The translations under genes were made by a program, and so were the position numbers. 55,647 nt of DNA from a virus (lineage: Duplodnaviria; Caudoviricetes), in the IMG/VR virus record IMGVR_UViG_3300044838_000023, positions 1 through 55,647 of that record, one strand, 5' to 3'. Below are positions 37,248 to 46,500 of this stretch, in pieces; position 1 is the stretch's first letter; every line of letters begins with the position of its first letter. The notes below the pieces were generated by a model that worked only from the letters and a program-made list of their open reading frames with translations, did not search any database and had not been told where the DNA came from.

Positions 37248-39326
37248 ATGGAACCGGATTTCAGCGGTTACGTTACCAAGGCTGGCCTCAAGTGCTCTGA
37301 CGGCCGAACCATCACTGCGGACGCCTTCAAGCACCAGGACAAGATGCGGGTGCCGCTCGTTTGGCAGCACCAGCACAACAGCGCCGAGAATGTTCTCGGT
37401 CACGTTGACCTGGAGGCTCGCGATAACGGGATCTACGGCTACGCTTACTTCAACGATGCTCCTCAGGGAGAGAACGGGAAGAAGCTAGTCGAGCATGGAG
37501 ACATCAACAAGATGTCGATCTACGCCAACGATCTCGTCGAGAAGCTTGTCGGGGGTGCCAAGCAGGTCTTGCACGGAGCAATCCGTGAGGTCAGTTTGGT
37601 GCTCGCTGGTGCAAATCCCGGCGCTCTCATCGACTACATTCGGATCGCGCACGAGGACGGCTCGATCGATGAATCTGAGGATGAGGCCTACATCTACACT
37701 GGCCTCGAGCTTGAGCACGGCGTGACACCTCCAGTCGCCGACAAAGTGGTTGAGGACGAAAACCTCGAGCACGCTGCAGGCGACGACAAGACCGTTCAGG
37801 AAATCTACGACGGGATGTCCCAGGAGGAAAAGGACGTCGTGCACTTCATGGTTGGCACCGCTTTGGAGGGAGCCACCGGCAGCGCGTCGCATTCGGATCT
37901 CGGTCCGGACGCCAAGCCGCAAGAGATCTACGACGCCATGTCGGACGGTGAGAAATCCCTCGTTCACACGATGATCGAGACCGCCGTCGAAGAGGCGAAG
38001 ACCACAGCAGTCGCCGAACACTCGGCTCTCAACAAGGAAGGTAACAACATGAACGTGTTCGAGAACCAGGCCCAGAGTGCGGCGGCTCTGCAGCATGCAG
38101 CGATGATGGATGCCCGCTCAAAGCTCACCCCAGAGCGGATCAAGACCATCATCGCCGACATGGAGCAGATGGGATCCCTGAAGCAGTCGTTCCTCGCGCA
38201 CGCGGGCGACTACGGAATCGACAACATCGATCTGCTCTTCCCGGATGCCACGCTGGACAGCAACGGCATCACGTTCCTCAGCCGGCGCATGGAGTGGGTC
38301 AACGATGTGCTGACCAACACCAAGCACTCGCCGTTCTCGCGGGTAAAGTCGCTCTCCGCTGACATCACCGCCGATGAGGCGCGGGCGAAGGGTTACGTCA
38401 AGGGGAACATGAAGAAGGACGAGGTCATCAAGCTGCTTCGTCGGATCACCACCCCGAAGACGATCTACAAGAAGCAGAAGCTCGACCGTGACGACATCCT
38501 GGACATCACGGAGCTCGACATCGTCGTCTGGCTCAAGGCCGAGATGCGGATCATGCTCGACGAGGAAATCGCTCGTTCGGTCCTGATCGGTGACGGTCGC
38601 CCGGCTGACGACGAGGATAAGATCGACGAAGATCACGTTCGTCCGATCGCTTTCGATGTCGACATGTACACGAGTCGCATCAACTTGGCCAGCGGCATCA
38701 GCACCCTCGACCTGATTGACGCTATCGTCACGGCGTTGAACAAGTACAAGGGCACCGGTACGCCGACCTTCTACACCACTCAGTCCGTCATGACCACGAT
38801 GCTCCTGCTGAAGGACACCCTTAACCGGCGTATCTACTCGACCAAGGCCGATCTGGCTGCGGCGCTGCTGGTCAAGGACATCGTTCCGGTCGAGGCCATG
38901 GAGCAGGAGACCGACCTCGTCGGCGTTCTGGTCAACCTCCAGGACTACCAGATCGGTTCGGACGCTGGCGGAAATGTTTCGATGTTCGACGACTTCGACA
39001 TCGACTTCAACCAGCAGAAGTACCTCATCGAGACGCGGATCTCGGGTGCGCTCATCAAGCCGAAGTCGGCTGTGGCCCTGTTCAAGGACTCGGGTCACAT
39101 CGTCACTCCGACGGCTCCGACCTTCGTCACCTCGACCGGTGTTCTGACGGTTCCGACCGTTACCGGCGTGGTCTACACGAATGAGGACACGGGTGTCACG
39201 CTGAGCCCGGGTGCGCAGACGGCCATCGCGGCCGGAGCCACGGTCGATGTTCTTGCGGTTCCTGCGTCGGGCTACGGCTTCACGCACGACGCCCAGGACG
39301 AGTGGGCCTTCACGCGCGACGCCTGA
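37248..39326 (+). CDS. Prohead protease / scaffold / HK97-fold major capsid polyprotein with C-terminal Ig-like domain
   Basis: VPLVWQH, MSI.A, EVSLV..GANP.A (HK97-type protease); acidic scaffold; EEIAR..LIGDG and FDIDFNQQKYLIETR.SG capsid motifs; highly biased codons. Confidence 0.88.
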   Translation: MEPDFSGYVTKAGLKCSDGRTITADAFKHQDKMRVPLVWQHQHNSAENVLGHVDLEARDNGIYGYAYFNDAPQGENGKKLVEHGDINKMSIYANDLVEKLVGGAKQVLHGAIREVSLVLAGANPGALIDYIRIAHEDGSIDESEDEAYIYTGLELEHGVTPPVADKVVEDENLEHAAGDDKTVQEIYDGMSQEEKDVVHFMVGTALEGATGSASHSDLGPDAKPQEIYDAMSDGEKSLVHTMIETAVEEAKTTAVAEHSALNKEGNNMNVFENQAQSAAALQHAAMMDARSKLTPERIKTIIADMEQMGSLKQSFLAHAGDYGIDNIDLLFPDATLDSNGITFLSRRMEWVNDVLTNTKHSPFSRVKSLSADITADEARAKGYVKGNMKKDEVIKLLRRITTPKTIYKKQKLDRDDILDITELDIVVWLKAEMRIMLDEEIARSVLIGDGRPADDEDKIDEDHVRPIAFDVDMYTSRINLASGISTLDLIDAIVTALNKYKGTGTPTFYTTQSVMTTMLLLKDTLNRRIYSTKADLAAALLVKDIVPVEAMEQETDLVGVLVNLQDYQIGSDAGGNVSMFDDFDIDFNQQKYLIETRISGALIKPKSAVALFKDSGHIVTPTAPTFVTSTGVLTVPTVTGVVYTNEDTGVTLSPGAQTAIAAGATVDVLAVPASGYGFTHDAQDEWAFTRDA

Positions 39327-39367
39327 GGAGATCAGCTCACCAGTGATATAGAGGAGCCAATGTAACC

Positions 39368-39700
39368 ATGGCACGGTTCTATGGAGCAGTTGGTTACTCA
39401 GAGGGAACTGTTGAAACCCCCGTTGGGTCTGGCGTGTGGATCGATGTCATCATCGAGAAGACATATTTCGGTGATGTCGTTCGGAACAACCGCCAGCTCA
39501 ACGCTGGGGAGAAAATCAACGATGATCTCTCAGTAAACAACTCAATCAGTATCGTTGCTGATGCGTACGCTTATGAGAACATTCTTGCCATGCGCTATAT
39601 TCGGTGGATGGGGGCTTTGTGGGTCGTATCAACAGTCGATGTACAAAGCCCCCGCCTCTCGTTAACACTGGGGGGTGTATACAATGGGCCGACGGCTTGA
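39368..39700 (+). CDS. Head-tail joining (stopper) protein
   Basis: Position after the capsid gene; N.ISIVAD.YA..RY..W.G..W motif. Confidence 0.6.
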   Translation: MARFYGAVGYSEGTVETPVGSGVWIDVIIEKTYFGDVVRNNRQLNAGEKINDDLSVNNSISIVADAYAYENILAMRYIRWMGALWVVSTVDVQSPRLSLTLGGVYNGPTA

Positions 39701-39983
39701 ACTCCACAGCGTGTTCTTGACGATGGTTACCAACGTATATTTCCAGCCGCCAGCGAATGTGCAGATGTTGTATCCCTGTATTGTCTATATGCGAGATGCA
39801 GTCGATACAAAATTCGCGGACGACGGAGCATATCTCGTCACGATACGGTATCAGGTAACGATCATTGATCGAGATCCTGACAGCGTGTTAGTCGACAAGG
39901 TCGCACAGTTGCCCTTGAGCAACTATGTCCAACATTTCGTGACTGAGAATCTTCATCACGATTTGTTCAGTCTCTTCTTCTGA
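39684..39983 (+). CDS. Tail terminator protein
   Basis: NVYFQPP...YPCIVY motif; precedes the major tail gene. Confidence 0.65.
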   Translation: MGRRLELHSVFLTMVTNVYFQPPANVQMLYPCIVYMRDAVDTKFADDGAYLVTIRYQVTIIDRDPDSVLVDKVAQLPLSNYVQHFVTENLHHDLFSLFF

Positions 39984-39993
39984 AAGGAACGCA

Positions 39994-40896
39994 ATGACCC
40001 AGCTTACCTGGGATGCCGTTGGCACTCGTCAGTTCGAAACGGGTGTTGACAAGGGTGTCCTTTTCCTGTCCACGGGTGGCGGGGGTGTTTACGACACTGG
40101 ATACGCTTGGAATGGTCTGACGACCGTCACCGAGTCGCCTGATGGTGCCGAGGCCACTCCTCAGTATGCCGACAACATCATCTATCTGAACCTGATCTCC
40201 GCCGAAACCTTCGGTGGCACGATCGAGGCTTTCACGTATCCGGATCAGTTCGCGGCGTGTGACGGAACTCTGGTTCCATCCGCAGGTATTACCGTTGGAC
40301 AGCAGACACGGAAGGCGTTCGGTCTCGCCTACCGCACAAAGGTTGGCAACGACACCAATCCCGATGCCGGCTACAAGATCCACCTGGTCTACGGGGCCAA
40401 CGCGTCCCCGTCGGAGAAGGCGTTCGCCACGGTCAACGACTCGCCCGAGGCGCTGTCGTTCTCGTGGGACTTCGTAACCACACCGGTCGCCGTGACCACA
40501 GTCATTGGCGGTGTTACCCCTAAGCCGACCGCGATTCTTACGATCGACTCAACCAAGGTGACACCGGCCAACCTGACGACTCTCGAGAATGCCCTCTACG
40601 GAACGGCCGGCTCGAGTCCGCGTCTGCCGCTCCCCGATGAGGTCATTGCAATGTTCGCCGGATCGGTTACGACGGCAACCCCGACGCAGCCGACGTTCGT
40701 TGCGGCTGGTGGCACGATCACCATTCCGACGATCACCGGCGTGCAGTACCGGCGTGCAGACACCAACGCGGTGGTCACAGGTACGGTCGTCATTGCGACG
40801 CCGTCTACCGCACTGATCATCTACGCGCTGCCGCTGGCGGGTTACACCTTCCCGCCGATGACCGACACGGACTGGCAGTTCACTCGCACCACGTGA
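39994..40896 (+). CDS. Major tail protein with C-terminal Ig-like domain
   Basis: WD..G.R.FETGVDKGV, AWNGLT.V.ESP, YADNI.Y, FG..YRT; biased codons. Confidence 0.85.
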   Translation: MTQLTWDAVGTRQFETGVDKGVLFLSTGGGGVYDTGYAWNGLTTVTESPDGAEATPQYADNIIYLNLISAETFGGTIEAFTYPDQFAACDGTLVPSAGITVGQQTRKAFGLAYRTKVGNDTNPDAGYKIHLVYGANASPSEKAFATVNDSPEALSFSWDFVTTPVAVTTVIGGVTPKPTAILTIDSTKVTPANLTTLENALYGTAGSSPRLPLPDEVIAMFAGSVTTATPTQPTFVAAGGTITIPTITGVQYRRADTNAVVTGTVVIATPSTALIIYALPLAGYTFPPMTDTDWQFTRTT

Positions 40897-40927
40897 TCCA
40901 GTTCGTCTGACAGAAGGAGACCAGAGA

Positions 40928-41470
40928 GTGCTCAACATCGTAGTCCTCGGAGAGGAACATTGGGACGAAAAGTCCGAAGAGTTCCATACCGTTGGGGACA
41001 TCACACTTGAGCTTGAGCACTCTCTGGTCTCCCTGTCAAAATGGGAGTCAATTTACGAGAAGCCGTTTCTCGGAGCCGGAGAGAAGTCTGACGAAGAGGT
41101 CATGGACTATGTGCGGTGCATGATTCTTTCCCCCGATTTTCCTCCGGAGGTTTTCTCCAAGTTTACTCAGGCGAACATCGATGCGGTTAACGCTTACATC
41201 AACAAGCCTTCGACAGCTACATGGTTTGCTAGTGATCCGAATGGTCGCAAGTCAGCAGAAGTGATCACCTCCGAGTTGATCTACTACTGGCTGACTGTGT
41301 TTAACATCCCCTTCGAATGTCAGCACTGGCATTTGAATCGCTTGTTCACATTCATTCGAGTATGCAATGTTAAGAACCAGAAACCGAAGAAGCAGACTAG
41401 AGCCGAGATGCTTGCCCAGCGTAACCAGCTAAACGCAGAGCGTAAAGCTCGTTACAAGACCAGCGGATAG
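40928..41470 (+). CDS. Probable tail assembly chaperone
   Basis: Follows the major tail gene; LEHSL.S.SKWE and WHLNRL motifs. Confidence 0.55.
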   Translation: MLNIVVLGEEHWDEKSEEFHTVGDITLELEHSLVSLSKWESIYEKPFLGAGEKSDEEVMDYVRCMILSPDFPPEVFSKFTQANIDAVNAYINKPSTATWFASDPNGRKSAEVITSELIYYWLTVFNIPFECQHWHLNRLFTFIRVCNVKNQKPKKQTRAEMLAQRNQLNAERKARYKTSG

Positions 41471-41478
41471 GAGGAGCC

Positions 41479-42150
41479 ATGACAGCAGTACTTTGGGACC
41501 AGATAGGATCACGACGTTTTGAAGGTGGATGCGATCGTGGCGTCCTCTATCTTCCCGATGGGACAGCGGTTCCATGGAACGGGCTTACTGCGGTAACGGA
41601 CGATACTACAGATACGACTATTGAGGAGTATTTTCTCGATGGCGTTAAGTATCTGAACCGGCGCATCGTCGGTGACTATTCTGGGACGCTAAAGGCACTC
41701 ACCTATCCGGATGAGTTTCTGGAATTTGATGGCTTTCAAGAGTATGGCCAAGGAATCTTTGTCACTGGTCAACCGGTAGGTAAGACTTTTGGTCTGGTCT
41801 ATCGCACAAAAGTGGGCAATGACACTAGTGGCAATGATTACGGTTACAAACTTCATCTTCTTTACAACCTGACAGCAAAGCCGGACACACGAACATATTC
41901 AACTGAGTCGTCTTCAGTATCTGCAGAGGAATTCAGCTGGACGCTTGCTGGAGTTCCAGTTACAGTTCTTGGGTATCGCCCAATGGTTCATTTAATCATC
42001 GATTCCACTAAAGTTATCGATGGCGCCATGGTCATATTTGAGGACATGGTCTACGGTTCCGATACCACTGACCCATTTCTTCCGCAGCCATCAGATCTGA
42101 TGGCTATACTTGCTGATCTAATCAGCGAACCAATTGACGACTTATTCTAG
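41479..42150 (+). CDS. Second major-tail-protein paralog
   Basis: WDQ.G.RRFE.G.DRGVLY, PWNGLTAV, TYPDEF, FGL.YRTKVGND, GYK.HL.YN align with 39994-40896. Confidence 0.75.
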   Translation: MTAVLWDQIGSRRFEGGCDRGVLYLPDGTAVPWNGLTAVTDDTTDTTIEEYFLDGVKYLNRRIVGDYSGTLKALTYPDEFLEFDGFQEYGQGIFVTGQPVGKTFGLVYRTKVGNDTSGNDYGYKLHLLYNLTAKPDTRTYSTESSSVSAEEFSWTLAGVPVTVLGYRPMVHLIIDSTKVIDGAMVIFEDMVYGSDTTDPFLPQPSDLMAILADLISEPIDDLF

Positions 42151-42162
42151 GAGGGGATATTC

Positions 42163-43164
42163 ATGCGTTTACTTTTGCAAGGTCAGGACGACACTATAAT
42201 TACGTTGCCTGATCAGTATTTCCTCTTCTCCGCGTCTGGAAGTTTTGCTATTTCCGCTCTCATTTCCGCTGGATACACCAAGGTCGACGCATATGTGGTT
42301 GGTGGAGGCGGCGGAGGCGGATCTGGCGGTAAGGGATTTTCAAGTGTTACGGCGTCGCAATGTCGCGGCGGAGGCGGCGGAGGCGGCGGAGGCGGATCTA
42401 CACTTCATCAGAAACTTGGGATTCTTCTTGCTTCTCTTTCAGCCTCTAACGCTGTAACCGTTGGCACGGGAGGTGCCGGTGCTTATGGTGTTCAGGGAAC
42501 TCTTGGATTGGCTTCTTCTTTTCCTGGAGTTTCAGCTGTAGGTGGCGGCGCTGGCGGTCTCGGATCAAATGGAAGTAGCTCTGCCTATGGCGGTGGAGGT
42601 GGAGGTGCATCTGGCGCGGGAGTTGCATCGCCTGGGGCTCCTGGTTCGGTCGGTAACGCTATTTCTGGTGCCACTGGTGGAGCAGGTTCTGCCGGTGGTG
42701 GATCTGGTGGCAAAGGTGGTGGTATCCCTAACTTTGGTCTAGACGGTGCGCCTGGTGTCATTGCTCCAAGTGATGTCGATTCATTCGGCGGAGGCGGCGG
42801 AGGCGGCGGAGGCAAAGGCTCCGGACAGGGTGCTTTCACCACGGAAACAAATTTCGTCGTCGCTGGTCGTGGCGGAACTGGTGACGGAAGTTCTGGTGGA
42901 GCAGCCACTCCTGGATTGATCACTGCCATATCTACTGGTGGTTACTATGCTGGTGGCGGTGGCGGTGGCGGTGGCGGTGGCGTTAGTCTTCTGTCATTAA
43001 TTGGGTACGCCGGACTGACAGGCCGAGGTGGTGGTTATGGGACTGACCCGGCTTCCACCCCAGGAGCTGGTGGGCGTGGCGGCTTAGGTGGCACGACTAC
43101 TACCAATAACACTGCCGGTCTTCCTGGCGCTGCGGGATGTGTTCTACTTCGCGTTTATCTGTAG
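42163..43164 (+). CDS. Glycine-rich minor tail protein
   Basis: VVGGGGGGG, VTVGTGGAG, final G..G.VLLR pattern of phage glycine-rich domains. Confidence 0.75.
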   Translation: MRLLLQGQDDTIITLPDQYFLFSASGSFAISALISAGYTKVDAYVVGGGGGGGSGGKGFSSVTASQCRGGGGGGGGGGSTLHQKLGILLASLSASNAVTVGTGGAGAYGVQGTLGLASSFPGVSAVGGGAGGLGSNGSSSAYGGGGGGASGAGVASPGAPGSVGNAISGATGGAGSAGGGSGGKGGGIPNFGLDGAPGVIAPSDVDSFGGGGGGGGGKGSGQGAFTTETNFVVAGRGGTGDGSSGGAATPGLITAISTGGYYAGGGGGGGGGGVSLLSLIGYAGLTGRGGGYGTDPASTPGAGGRGGLGGTTTTNNTAGLPGAAGCVLLRVYL

Positions 43165-43187
43165 GGGATATTCACTGAGGAGGAGTC

Positions 43188-43565
43188 ATGGGAATTACTG
43201 TTCAAGCCACCGGCTCCTTCGTAAACACGCAGCGATTTCTACAGCGGTTGTCGAAGGGTGATATTTTTAACATCCTTGATAAATATGGGCCGCGGGGTGT
43301 ATCGGCTTTGTCGGCTGCTACACCCACAGATACAGGAGAGACTGCCAACTCCTGGTTTTATGAGGTCAACGTGTTTAAGGGCGCTCATGAAATTGTTTGG
43401 AAGAATAGACATATTGTGAATGGAGCGAACATTGCTCTACTCATTCAGTATGGTCACGGTACTCGAACAGGCGGTTATGTTCCTGGTCGTGACTACATCA
43501 ACCCAGTCATGAAACCCATATTTGAGGCCATCCTTGCCGAGGTACGAAAGGCGGTGACAGCATGA
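43188..43565 (+). CDS. Tail completion / neck protein (HK97 gp10-like)
   Basis: ATP.DTG.TA.SW, QYGHGT..GG.V.G.DYINP. Confidence 0.65.
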   Translation: MGITVQATGSFVNTQRFLQRLSKGDIFNILDKYGPRGVSALSAATPTDTGETANSWFYEVNVFKGAHEIVWKNRHIVNGANIALLIQYGHGTRTGGYVPGRDYINPVMKPIFEAILAEVRKAVTA

Positions 43566-46500
43566 GCGGATCAGTAGACGATGAAGTTGTGCGGATGCGG
43601 TTCGATAACAACGCATTCGAGCGCGCAGTAGCGGCAACGTTGGGTACGCTCTCTAAGCTGAAGTCCAGCCTGAACTTCACTGGGGCAGATAAGGGTCTCG
43701 ACGGGATCGAAGCGAAGGCTAACAAGTTTAGCCTGCAGGGTATGTCGAATGGTGTAGACGGCATATCTAAGAAGTTCTCCGCACTATCCGTAGTTGGTGT
43801 AACAGCTCTCGCTACCATTGCAAACAAGGCTGTTACAGCTGGTCTAAACATCGCCAAGTCGTTCACAACCGGTCCGATCAAGGCCGGATTCGAAAACTAC
43901 GAGACTCAAATCAACGCGGTCCAGACGATTCTGGCTAACACCGGTCTCAAAGGCGCTCCTGGCCTAGCTGCGGTCAATAAGACTCTTGCTGAGTTGAACA
44001 CCTATGCAAACAAGACGGTGTACAACTTCTCCGAGATGACTAAGAACATCGGTACCTTCACGGCCGCCGGTGTTGCACTTCAGCCTGCCACGGATGCGAT
44101 CAAGGGTATCGCGAACCTTGCGGCGCTCTCGGGGTCCAGTTCTGATCAGGCATCAACCGCGATGTACCAGCTCTCTCAGGCCATTGCGGCCAACAAGGTC
44201 GGTCTGCAGGACTGGAACTCGGTTGTCAATGCCGGTCTTGGCGGTAAGGTTTTCCAGAAGGCACTATTCAACACAGGCAAGTTGCAGGGGACACTTAAGG
44301 GTGTCAAGGCCAATGAGACATTTGATCAGTGGACGAAGGCTGGCAACAGCTTCCGTAACTCACTGCAGTCAGGATGGATTACAGGCAAAGTTCTGACAAG
44401 TACTCTGTCGCAGTTCACTGGTGACCTGACAGACGCTCAGCTGAAGTCTCAAGGCTATAACGCTGAGCAGATCAAGGAGATCCAGGAACTCGCCAAGACG
44501 GCTTCCGGTGCAGCGACGAACATCAAGACGTTCACGCAGCTGACCTCAGCCCTCAAGGAAGAAGTTGCTACCGCATACGGAGCTATATTCAAGACGATCT
44601 TCGGTGACATCAACGGAGCAACGAAGCTGTTCTCCGGTATTCACACAGTCGTTGAGAATGCTCTAACAGTTCCAATCTATGCGTTGAACACTTTGCTCCA
44701 GAAGACCTCGGAATTGGGTGGTCGAGCCAAGGCAATCAAGGCTTTCACCACTGTATTCCACGCCATGGGTGGAGTCTTTGACGCCGTTAAGGACGCATAC
44801 CGATCTATATTCCCAGCAACAACCCCTAAGGGTCTGCTCGATACGATCAACGCATTCGGACATTTCGCCAATCTGTTACAGGGGTTTGTTACCGCGAACA
44901 AGGGATCCATCGAGAATACATTCAAGGGCATATTTGCCGTGTTCGACATTGGCAAGCAAGTTGTCCTTGGAGTAGTCCATGTATTCACCCAATTGTTTAG
45001 TTCAGTTGCCGGAACAGGGTCCAATGGATTCCTAGAGTTCACCGGTCGTGTGGGTTTGATGATTGTTGCCTTCGACAAGGCGCTCAAATCTGGTGGTTTA
45101 CTGACCAACTTCTTCCAGATCGTCGGTAACGTTCTGGCAATTCCAATTCACTTGTTCCAGATCGCTGGGGCAGTTATATCTCAGTTGTTTGCCGGCTTCA
45201 AGCCGAAGAGTGCTGACGGAGTTACTGATTCGGTTACTCGAGCAGGTGACGCTCTTGGCCGACTGGCTGATATTACGGACAATGTCGATGCGTGGTTTAG
45301 CGGTCTGGCTGGAAAGATTCGCCCAGGCGTTCAGGCCGTCATCAATGCGTTTGGAAACATCGGTCATGCTATTGCGTCAGGATTCGACAGCAAGACGTTC
45401 GGCAGCATTCTGAAGACAATTAATACCGGTCTGCTTGCTGGCATTGTTCTTCTCTTGAAGAAATTCCTCAAGGGTGGAATCAATGTCGATGTTGGCGGAG
45501 GCATATTTGGTAAGGTAAGCGAGGCACTCGAGGGTGTTACTGGCAACCTTAAGGCGATGCAGACCGAGCTCAAGGCAAAGGCGCTCCTCGAGATCGCTGC
45601 CGCTCTGGGTATTCTGGTGTTGTCTGTTGTTGCTCTTGCTGCGATCAATCCTCAGAAGTTGCAGGGTGCGCTAAAGGCAATGGCTATTGGTTTCGGTGAG
45701 CTCCTCGGAGCTATGGCAATTCTAACCAAGATCACCGGATCTGCTGGCTTCGTCAAGATTCCGCTTATGGCTGCTTCGTTGGATCTCCTTGCAGGAGCAA
45801 TTCTCATTCTCACCGTTGCTGTTGCGATCCTGTCTCGTATGAGTTGGCAGGAGCTAGAGAAGGGTCTGACAGCAATAGGTATATTGTTGGCTGCTCTTTC
45901 GGCCTCTTCGGTAGTGCTTTCCGCGAATTCTGCGGGAATGGTTCGATCAGGTATCGGCATTACAGCTATGGCTGTGGCACTTAACCTGTTGGCGATAGCC
46001 GTAAAGGTATTCGCTACAATGAGCTGGTCCCAGATGCTGAAGGGCCTCGCGGGCGTAGGTATTGCCCTAGCGGGCATTGCCCTTGCTATGCGTATAATGC
46101 CAAAGGGAATGTTACTACAGGCAGCAGCAATTCTTGTAATTTCGGTAGCTTTGAACGCGTTATATTTGGCGGTCAAGGAATTCGCTACCTTATCTTACGG
46201 CACGATGATCAAGGGTCTCATTGGGATAGCGGGAGCTCTTGTCGGCATAGCCATTGGGATGCAGTTGATGCCAAAGGGAATGTTGCTCCAATCTGTTGCT
46301 CTCATTGCTGTTTCAGTAGCATTGCAGCTCATTGCTAAGGCTGTTGAGTCAATGGCTCAGATGTCTTGGTCTCAAATCGCCAAGGGTCTGACAGCTCTTG
46401 CTGGTGCCATGATTATTCTTGCTGGTGCCTTGCTTCTGATGGATGGATCTCTTGTCGGAGCAGCAGCTCTTCTCATTGTTTCAGAAGCACTTCACATATT

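Noticed and set aside
38118-39374. Long minus-strand ORFs (also 2621-3481, 3573-4208, 12171-13040, 37485-38096)
   Set aside because: They are antisense shadows of strongly codon-biased plus-strand genes, with no recognisable motifs
40928-41470. Programmed -1 frameshift of the tail assembly chaperone
   Set aside because: No clear slippery heptamer with an overlapping downstream ORF was seen; the next gene has its own SD and is a tail-protein paralog
42298-42980. GGCGGA/GGTGGC tandem repeats as a separate repeat element or DGR target
   Set aside because: They simply encode poly-Gly runs; no reverse transcriptase or template/variable repeat pair was found
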